Made by a program: the position numbers and the translations under genes. From Candidatus Poriferihabitaceae bacterium (GTDB lineage Bacteria; Pseudomonadota; Gammaproteobacteria; Arenicellales; Poriferihabitantaceae), in assembly GCA_965206445.1 (NCBI GenBank), contig CBDBJR010000002.1, positions 520,719-584,718 on the forward strand: a stretch of 64,000 bases of DNA, written 5' to 3'. The notes under the pieces are model-generated. The model was not told the origin of the DNA and ran no database searches. It saw nothing but the letters and a program-made list of their open reading frames with translations. Shown here piece by piece: positions 28,870-36,568 of the stretch; the first letter of the stretch is position 1; each line of letters starts with the position of its first letter.

Positions 28870-29779
28870 ACGTAGCCAGAAAAGCAGGAACGAGCACTAC
28901 TTTGTTGCTCTCTGTGAGCCGAACAGCGTTACGGAGAAGATTGCCGCTGAGCGGCCAGCGGAGTATGGTGTCAGTTAGTTGTATGGCGAGGTGCGGGATT
29001 ACAACCGCGCACGCTCATCGACTTAAACCTTCCGGGGTGGAATGGTTAGGGGAGGCGCCGGCGCATTGGGACGTTTTTCGCCGCAAAACACAGGCGGCAA
29101 ACCGTACTGAGCGAATATCCATACATGAAAACACATCGTCCATCATCATACGGAATCCCGAGGCTGGCCACCGAAGCCGGCCCTGTTGGCCATCCCGGGC
29201 CGGCTGATTTGCCGGGGAAATGCGCACTCCATTGTCGCCATCAGCGTATAAATTTGTTTACCCGTTGTTTAGTTTTCGAGAATTTCTCGGAAAAAAATAC
29301 CCTGAATACAGTCAGTTAGGTCTGAAAAGTTGTTTACCCGTTGTTTTATTATCGGTCGATACAACCAGATATAACCTATCGTAGCGGGCAGGAGTCAATC
29401 GTACATCTGGCAGCGGATTGACACGGATTCTGTTGCGTGGGCAGAGCAAAACAGCAAGCTGTTGGGCGGTTACCTTATCAAATGCCGGTTCACGTGCTGT
29501 CGATGCCGGTGCCAACCCGGATCAATCAGGTAAGATTAATCGGACGGCTGTGCGGGCAAAACAGGGGACATCCTGTCAATATCGCAAACATAAATATCGC
29601 AAACGGGTGGAATGGCTTATGGCGGAAAGTTTTCCGTGGGATATGATTGCGCGTATTGGCGTACACTCGCGCAATGCTGGTGATCAGGCCACGGCGGCTC
29701 AAGCCGTCGGGCAGAAACCGACAGTCCAGATTTTCTCTGAGTGGTATTATTAGCGCGGGGGCAAACATGATCCATTTTA
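28870..29779. repeat. Post-array segment, copy 1 (non-coding; contains an hsdS-like fragment)
   Basis: Homologous to 30426-31336. 29021-29071 encodes LKPSGVEWLGEAPAHWD, matching the HsdS central block. It ends with the first 5 codons of the macro gene (ATGATCCATTTTAAA, ATG at 29767). Confidence 0.85.
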
Positions 29780-29924
29780 AAGCTGAACAGGAAAAGCAAA
29801 ATAATCGGCCAAAAAAGCGAGAAAAAAACACCAGACAAGGCGGTCAACGAAGAAGATGAAACATGTTTTTTTTTATTGCAAAAATCAGGATTTTCTTTAT
29901 GTATTATTGCGTTATCAGTTAGCT
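29780..29924 (+). pseudogene. Duplicated cas13a 3' end (~26 codons) plus leader copy
   Basis: Near-identical to 27828-27972. Together with the macro start codons it forms a chimeric 30-codon ORF, 29767-29859 (MIHFKAEQEKQNNRPKKREKNTRQGGQRRR). Confidence 0.85.
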
Positions 29925-30425
29925 GTTGAAGATGACCCCCATATGAAGGGGGACTACACCGCTCTCCACATGATCTAACTTACCATTAAAGTTGAAGATG
30001 ACCCCCATATGAAGGGGGACTACACCCCAAGTTCGGTAGTATTTTTAATCCAGAAGGTTGAAGATGACCCCCATATGAAGGGGGACTACACCAGTGTCGA
30101 TTGGATTAGTCGGCCATGTCATAGTTGAAGATGACCCCCATATGAAGGGGGACTACACCAGTGTCGATTGGATTAGTCGGCCATGTCATAGTTGAAGATG
30201 ACCCCCATATGAAGGGGGACTACACCTCAACCGAGCGGTATGTGACCGGGCTTGCGGTTGAAGATGACCCCCATATGAAGGGGGACTACACCAGCTGAAC
30301 CGCAATATGAGCGTGTCCGTCAGTTGAAGATGACCCCCATATGAAGGGGGACTACACCACGGGCGCGCGCGTCCCCTGATTTATCAAGAGTTGAAGATGA
30401 CCCCCATATAAAGGGGAACTACACG
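29925..30425 (+). CRISPR. CRISPR array 2: 8 x the same 36-nt repeat, 7 spacers of 30-31 nt
   Basis: Repeats at 29925, 29991, 30057, 30124, 30191, 30257, 30323 and 30390. The last repeat is degenerate. Spacers 3 and 4 are identical. No spacer is shared with array 1. Confidence 0.97.
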
Positions 30426-31322
30426 ACGTAGCCAGAAAAGCAGGAAGGAGCACTACCTTGTTGCTCTCTGTGAGCCGGGCAGCGTTACGGAGAAGGCTGC
30501 CGCTGAGCGCCCAGCGGGCTATGGTGTCAGTTAGTTATATGGCGAGGTGCGAGATTACAACCGCGCACGCTCATCGCCTTAAACCTCCCGGGGTGGCGTG
30601 GTTGGGGGAGGCGCCGGCGCATTGGGACGTTTTTCGCCGCAAAACACCGGCGGCAAACCGTACTGAGCGAGTATCCATACATGAAAACACATCGTCCATC
30701 ATCATACGGAATCCCGAGGCTGGCCACCGAAGCCGGCTCTGTCGGCCATGCCGGGCCGGCTGATTTGCCGGGGCAATGCGCACGCCATGGTCTCCATCAG
30801 CGTATAAATTTGTTTATACGTTGTTTAGTTTTCGAGGATTTCTCAGAAAAAAATACCCTGAATACAGGCAGTTAGGTCTGAAAAATTGTTTACCCGTTGT
30901 TTTATTATCGGCCGATACAACCAGATATAACCTATCGTAGCGGGCAGGAGTCAATCGTACATCTGGCAGCGGATTGACACGGATTCTGTTGCGTGGGCAG
31001 AGCAAAACAGCAAGCTGTTGGGCGGTTACCTTATCAAATGCCGGTTCACGTGCTGTCGATGCCTGTGCCGACCCGGATCAATCAGGTAAGATTAATCGGA
31101 CGGCTGTGCGGGCAAAACAGGGGACATCCTGTCAATATCGCAAACATAAATATCGCAAACGGGTGGAATGGCTTATGGCGGAAAGTTTTCCGTGGGATAT
31201 GATTGCGCGTATTGGCGTACACTCGCGCAATGCTGGTGATCAGGCCACGGCGGCTCAAGCCGTCGGGCAGAAACCGACAGTCCAGATTTTCCCTGAGTGG
31301 TATTATTAGCGCGGGGGCAAAC
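30426..31322. repeat. Post-array segment, copy 2
   Basis: Homologous to 28870-29766. The last ~340 nt show only 3 mismatches; the first ~530 nt are clearly more diverged. Confidence 0.85.
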
Positions 31323-31805
31323 ATGATCCATTTTAAAACGGGCAATATCCTGACCGAAGACGCCGAAGCAATCGTCAACACGGTCAACTGCGTCGGCGTC
31401 ATGGGCCGCGGTATCGCGCTGCAATTCAAACAGAGTTTTCCCGACAACTTCAAGGCGTATGCTGATGCGTGTAAGCAGAAAGCAGTACAGCCTGGGCGCA
31501 TGTTTATCTTTGCAACCGGGCAAACCACCAACCCCCGCTATATCATCAATTTTCCGACCAAGCGGCACTGGCGCGAAATGAGCCGGATGGAAGATATTGA
31601 GGCCGGGTTGTCGGCGCTGGTCAAAGAGATTGAAAAACGCAGGCTCCGTTCAATCGCGATTCCGCCCCTTGGCAGCGGTCTGGGCGGGCTGGACTGGGCG
31701 CAGGTTCGCCCGCGCATAGAAAAAGCGCTCCGGGGCTGTGACGACCTTCGGGTCATTGTCTATACACCGCACCCGGTACCGAAACCGGACAAGATGGCGT
31801 ATTAA
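31323..31805 (+). CDS. Macro domain (ADP-ribose binding/hydrolase) protein
   Basis: 160 aa. IVNTVNCVGVMGRGIALQFK and IAIPPLGSGLGGLDW match macro-domain signature blocks. The start is ATG 31323. Confidence 0.75.
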   Translation: MIHFKTGNILTEDAEAIVNTVNCVGVMGRGIALQFKQSFPDNFKAYADACKQKAVQPGRMFIFATGQTTNPRYIINFPTKRHWREMSRMEDIEAGLSALVKEIEKRRLRSIAIPPLGSGLGGLDWAQVRPRIEKALRGCDDLRVIVYTPHPVPKPDKMAY

Positions 31806-31844
31806 CACCATACCAACGGAACCCCGCAGGACTGGAAAGCAACG

Positions 31845-34800
31845 ATGCCCACCGACACCACCGAACGCGGTCTTGAGCGCCTGATCTGCGCGGCGCTGAC
31901 CGGCCACCCCGGCGATGCCGACTCAGCCGGCGGCACAGACTACAAAGTTGCCCTGCGCCCGACGCACTATTCCACCGTTTGGCTGTACGGCGATGCCAGC
32001 GATTACAACCGCGAATACTGTGTGGACTTGCGGCAGTTCTCGGCTTTCCTGCAGGCAACGCAGCCGCAGGTCGCCGCGGCGCTCGCCCTTGACGAGGACG
32101 GCGCGGCGCGGCGCAGCTTCCTGGCGCGACTGGAAGGCCAGATTTCCCGGCGCGGCGTGATTGATGTCTTGCGCAACGGCGTAAAACACGGCCCGCACCA
32201 GCTCGATCTCTTTTACGGCACGCCGTCGCCGGGCAACGAGAAAGCCCGGACGCTGTATGCCGACAACCGCTTTTCGGTGACCCGGCAGTTGCGCTACAGC
32301 AACGACGCCACGCGGCTGGCGCTTGACCTGGGGCTGTTTGTCAACGGCCTGCCGGTGGCAACGTTTGAGCTCAAGAACAGCCTGACCAAACAAACCGCGG
32401 CGGATGCGGTGCGGCAGTACCGGCGCGACCGCGACCCGCGTGAAAAGCTGTTCGCGTTTGGCCGCTGCGTGGTGCATTTTGCGGTGGATGAGAACGAGGT
32501 GTATTTTTGCACCCACCTCACCGGGAAAACGTCCTGGTTCCGGCCTTTCAATCGCGGCTGTAACGACGGCGCCGGCAATCCGCTCAACCCCAACGGCCTC
32601 AAGACCGACTACCTGTGGCGCGAGGTGCTGACCCGTCGGCGCCTTACCGATATCCTCGAAAACTACGCCCAGGTCGTCAAACTCAAAGACAACACCACCG
32701 CGACCACGAAAAAGGTGCAGATCTGGCCGCGCTACCACCAGCTCGACGTGGTGCGGCAACTGCTGGCGGATGTCAGGGCAAACGGGGCGGGGCGGCGTTA
32801 TCTGATCCAGCACTCGGCGGGCAGCGGCAAATCCAACTCGATCGCGTGGCTGGCGCATCAACTGATCGGCCTGGAGAAAGACGGCGGGACGGTGTTCGGT
32901 TCGATCATCGTCGTCACCGACCGGGTGCTGCTTGACCGCCAGATCCGCGACACCATCCGGCAGTACGCCCAGGTGAACGCGACCGTAGGCCACGCCGAGC
33001 GCTCGGGCGATTTGCGCAGGTTGATTGAAAGCGGCAAGCAGATCATCATCTCGACGGTGCAAAAATTCCCGTTCATCCTTGACGAGATCAGCAGCCAGCA
33101 ACGCGACCGCCGGTTTGCCATCATCATCGACGAGGCGCATTCAAGCCAGGGCGGCAAAACCTCGGCGGCGATTTCGCAGGCGCTTGCGCACGACGGTGAA
33201 GCGGGGGAGGAGGACACCTTTGAGGATCGGATCAACCGCTTGATAGCGGCGCGCCGGCTGCTGCCCAATGCCAGCTATTTCGCCTTCACCGCCACGCCCA
33301 AGGGGAAAACGCTGGAGGTCTTCGGCCGGCCGGAGCCGCAGGCGGACGGCACAACCCGACACCTGCCGTTCCATACCTACACGATGAAACAGGCCATTCA
33401 GGAAGGCTTTATTCTGGACGTGCTGGCACACTATACCCCGGTCAACAGCTACTATCGGCTGGTCAAAACGATAGAACCCGATCCGCAATTCGACACCCGG
33501 CGCGCGCAGAAAAAACTGCGCCGCTACGTGGAGGGGCATGAGCACGCTATCCGGCTCAAAGCGGAGATCATGGTGGATCATTTTCATCAGCAGGTGTTCG
33601 GTCCGCGCCGGGTCGGTGGGCAGGCGCGGGCGATGGTGGTGACCGGCGGCATCGCGCAGGCAATCCGGTACTTCCACGCCATCAGCGACTACCTGACCGA
33701 GTGCAACCGCCCGTATCGCGCCATCGTCGCGTTCTCCGGCGAGCACGATTACGGCGGCGCGAATGTGACCGAGGCATCGCTCAACGGCTTCGCCTCGAAC
33801 AAAATTGCCGATTGCATCCGGGCCGAGCCGTATCGTTTTCTGGTCTGCGCCGACAAGTTCCAGACCGGCTATGATGAACCGCTGCTGCACACGATGTACG
33901 TCGACAAAACCCTTTCCGGCATCAAGGCGGTGCAGACACTGTCGCGCCTCAACCGGGCGCATCCGAAAAAACACGATGTCTTTGTGCTCGATTTTATGAA
34001 CCAGACCGAGCTGATTCGAGAGGCGTTTTCCGACTATTATCGCGCGACGATTTTGTCCGCCGAAACCGACCCCAACAAACTGCACGATCTGCAAGCGGAC
34101 CTGGACGGCGCGCAGGTGTACTCGCAGCAGCAGATCGACGATTTCGCCGAGCGCTACCTCGGCGGGGCGAAACGCGAGCAGCTCGACCCGCTGCTCGACG
34201 CCTGCGTGGCGGTCTATCTCAACCAGCTCGACGAGGACGGCCAGGTGGATTTCAAGGGCAAGGCCAAGGGCTTCGTGCGCACCTATGGCTTCCTTTCCTC
34301 GCTGCTGCCCTATACCAACCTGCAGTGGGAGAAGCGCTCGATCTTTCTGAACTTCCTGATCTCCAAACTGCCGGCGCCGCAAGAGGCGGATCTCTCCAGG
34401 GGCATCCTCGATGCGATCGACATGGACAGCTATCGGGCGGAGAAACAGGCGATGCAGCAGATCCGGATTGCGGACGAGGACGCCGAGATCGACCCGGTGC
34501 CGGCCAGCGCCGGCGGCCACCGCACCGAGCCCGAGTTGGATCGGCTGTCAAACATCATCCGGAGCTTCAACGAGCACTTCGGCAACATCACCTGGGGGGA
34601 CACCGACCGGGTGATGCAGCTGATCACCGAAACCGTGCCCGTACAGGTGGCGAAGAACCGCGCTTACCGGAACGCACAACAGAACTCGGACAAGCGCAAT
34701 GCCCGCATCGAACACAGCAAGGCACTGTCGCGCGTGATGACCGCGATAATGAGAGACGATACCGAGTTGTTCCGCCAATTCATGGACAACCCGGACTTCA

Positions 34801-34856
34801 AGCGCTGGATGACCGACACGGTGTTTGACCTCACCTACCAAAGAGGCGCGCCCTGA
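31845..34856 (+). CDS. hsdR: Type I restriction enzyme, restriction/helicase subunit
   Basis: 1003 aa. N-terminal PD-(D/E)xK block (LDLGLFVNGLPVATFELKN), Walker A HSAGSGKSNS, DEAH box IIIDEAHSSQGG and a helicase C region. Confidence 0.9.
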   Translation: MPTDTTERGLERLICAALTGHPGDADSAGGTDYKVALRPTHYSTVWLYGDASDYNREYCVDLRQFSAFLQATQPQVAAALALDEDGAARRSFLARLEGQISRRGVIDVLRNGVKHGPHQLDLFYGTPSPGNEKARTLYADNRFSVTRQLRYSNDATRLALDLGLFVNGLPVATFELKNSLTKQTAADAVRQYRRDRDPREKLFAFGRCVVHFAVDENEVYFCTHLTGKTSWFRPFNRGCNDGAGNPLNPNGLKTDYLWREVLTRRRLTDILENYAQVVKLKDNTTATTKKVQIWPRYHQLDVVRQLLADVRANGAGRRYLIQHSAGSGKSNSIAWLAHQLIGLEKDGGTVFGSIIVVTDRVLLDRQIRDTIRQYAQVNATVGHAERSGDLRRLIESGKQIIISTVQKFPFILDEISSQQRDRRFAIIIDEAHSSQGGKTSAAISQALAHDGEAGEEDTFEDRINRLIAARRLLPNASYFAFTATPKGKTLEVFGRPEPQADGTTRHLPFHTYTMKQAIQEGFILDVLAHYTPVNSYYRLVKTIEPDPQFDTRRAQKKLRRYVEGHEHAIRLKAEIMVDHFHQQVFGPRRVGGQARAMVVTGGIAQAIRYFHAISDYLTECNRPYRAIVAFSGEHDYGGANVTEASLNGFASNKIADCIRAEPYRFLVCADKFQTGYDEPLLHTMYVDKTLSGIKAVQTLSRLNRAHPKKHDVFVLDFMNQTELIREAFSDYYRATILSAETDPNKLHDLQADLDGAQVYSQQQIDDFAERYLGGAKREQLDPLLDACVAVYLNQLDEDGQVDFKGKAKGFVRTYGFLSSLLPYTNLQWEKRSIFLNFLISKLPAPQEADLSRGILDAIDMDSYRAEKQAMQQIRIADEDAEIDPVPASAGGHRTEPELDRLSNIIRSFNEHFGNITWGDTDRVMQLITETVPVQVAKNRAYRNAQQNSDKRNARIEHSKALSRVMTAIMRDDTELFRQFMDNPDFKRWMTDTVFDLTYQRGAP

Positions 34857-34963
34857 CGACTCCGGCGGGCGGCCGCATCCCGTCCGCCGCCGGCGTGAAA
34901 AAAACCCGTGTTCGCCCTTCCCCTCGCCGACAACAGGGCATCGGCCCGGGCGGCGAAGACGCA

Positions 34964-35053
34964 TGGCGGAGAGGGTGGGATTTGAACCCACGAATCCCGT
35001 GAAGGATTGCCGGTTTTCGAGACCGGTGCATTCGACCACTCTGCCACCTCTCC
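34964..35053 (-). tRNA. tRNA-Ser (anticodon CGA)
   Basis: The reverse complement folds as a class II tRNA: 7-bp acceptor stem GGAGAGG/CCTCTCC, anticodon stem CCGGT/ACCGG with loop CTCGAAA, long variable arm, T-arm GGGTTCAAATCCC and encoded CCA. Confidence 0.9.
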
Positions 35054-35370
35054 AGATATGCGGCGAACCAACCCGCAGCAGCACAACCTTGCGACACCCC
35101 GCTATCCAACGGCAGCAGCCATGCACATCCGGCGCATCGGCTGGCGGATACCCCGATTTTACCGCACCGCCGAACCGGGCGCCGTTGATCAATCTACGAT
35201 AAAACCGTTCATCTGCCTGGCCCGCATGTTATCAGGCAAGTTATCAGGCCGGGTTTCACCGCCCCACCTCGCTTGCGTTGGCCGGTTAAATCATTATACT
35301 CCCAATCGACGCAGCGCCACCCGCGCGCTGGCATTGACAACCAAAAATCCACCACTACCGGAAAACCAAC

Positions 35371-36378
35371 ATGCAATCCATCACCACACGACTGGCGGCT
35401 CTGCTGCTCACCGCGGTTTTGATCGGCGCGGCGACCGCGCAGGAAATGACCTTTTTTCGCATTGGCACCGGCGGCGCCGGCGGCACCTATTTCCCGATTG
35501 GCGGCATCATTGCCAATGCCATTTCCAACCCGCCCGGGTCGCGGGCCTGCGATAAGGGCGGCAATTGCGGCGTCCCGGGGCTGGTCGCGATGGCGCAGTC
35601 CACCAATGCCTCGGCGCATAACGTCAACGCGATTCAGGCCGGGCAGATGGAAGCCGGGCTGTCCGGCGCCGCCACGCTGCATTTTGCCTACCACGGCATC
35701 GGTAAATTTGCCGACGCCGCCAAACCCGATCTGCGGGTTATCGCCAATCTGTACCCCGAAGATCTGCACCTCGTGCTACCCAAAGGCAGCAGCCTGAACG
35801 GGCTTGTAGACCTGAAAGGCAAGCGCGTCGGCATCGCGCAGGCCGGCTCGGGCACGCAGATTGCGGTCGAGTTGATCCTGGCCGACCACGGCGTCAATCG
35901 TGACAACATCAACGAGGCCGAATTGAACAATGCGCAAAGCGCCGAGCGCATCGCCGACGGGCAGTTGGACGCCTACTTCTATGCCGCCGGCACGCCGGTT
36001 TCCGCGATGATCCAGCTGGACAACACCAAAGGCATGGAGCTGTACTCGTTCACCGACGCGGAAGTCAAGCAGGCCAACCAGACGGTGCCCTACTATATTC
36101 CGTCAACCATACCGACCGACACCTACCCCGGCGTGCAGTACGACGTCAATACGGTCGCGGTCAGCGGTATTCTGGTCACCAACGCCAAACAGGATGACGA
36201 GCTGATCTATCAGGTCACCAAGGCGCTGTGGTCGGATACGGCGCGCAAACTGCTCGACAACGGCCACTCCAAAGGCAAAGTGATCACGCTCGAAACCGCA
36301 CTCGACGGCATCGACGGCATTGGCGTGCCGCTGCACCCGGGGGCCGAGCGGTTTTACCGTGAGCAGGGCATGCTGTAG
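35371..36378 (+). CDS. TAXI-family TRAP transporter solute receptor
   Basis: Signal peptide plus the FFRIGTGGAGGTYFPIGG motif typical of TAXI receptors. Confidence 0.85.
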   Translation: MQSITTRLAALLLTAVLIGAATAQEMTFFRIGTGGAGGTYFPIGGIIANAISNPPGSRACDKGGNCGVPGLVAMAQSTNASAHNVNAIQAGQMEAGLSGAATLHFAYHGIGKFADAAKPDLRVIANLYPEDLHLVLPKGSSLNGLVDLKGKRVGIAQAGSGTQIAVELILADHGVNRDNINEAELNNAQSAERIADGQLDAYFYAAGTPVSAMIQLDNTKGMELYSFTDAEVKQANQTVPYYIPSTIPTDTYPGVQYDVNTVAVSGILVTNAKQDDELIYQVTKALWSDTARKLLDNGHSKGKVITLETALDGIDGIGVPLHPGAERFYREQGML

Positions 36379-36568
36379 CCACCGGCATTAGTCAGACGCA
36401 ATCCGGGGGCGGTGGCGGCAGACGCCCCGCCCTTTTTGCTGCTCTTTTTGTTGCCCTTTTTTACGGCCTGTTTTAGCGCCCTTTTTAGCGCCTTTTTAAT
36501 CATCTTTTAATCGCCTTTTAATCACCTTATAACGCCCTTTTTAAGGTCGCATAGCCGACCGAACGACG

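Noticed and set aside
28902-29753. ORFs in the duplicated post-array segments (28902-29207 / 30458-30763 and 29418-29753 / 30974-31309) as possible Cas accessory genes
   Set aside because: The first pair is only an hsdS-like fragment embedded in Arg-rich sequence and differs at many residues between the copies. In the second pair, all three nucleotide differences between copies are non-synonymous, and there is no RBS or motif. I treat them as non-coding, but the sample of substitutions is small.
34857-34963. GC hairpin (ccggcgggcgg...ccgccgccgg) after hsdR as an intrinsic terminator
   Set aside because: On the hsdR strand it is followed by an A-run rather than a T-run, so it does not fit the canonical intrinsic terminator pattern.
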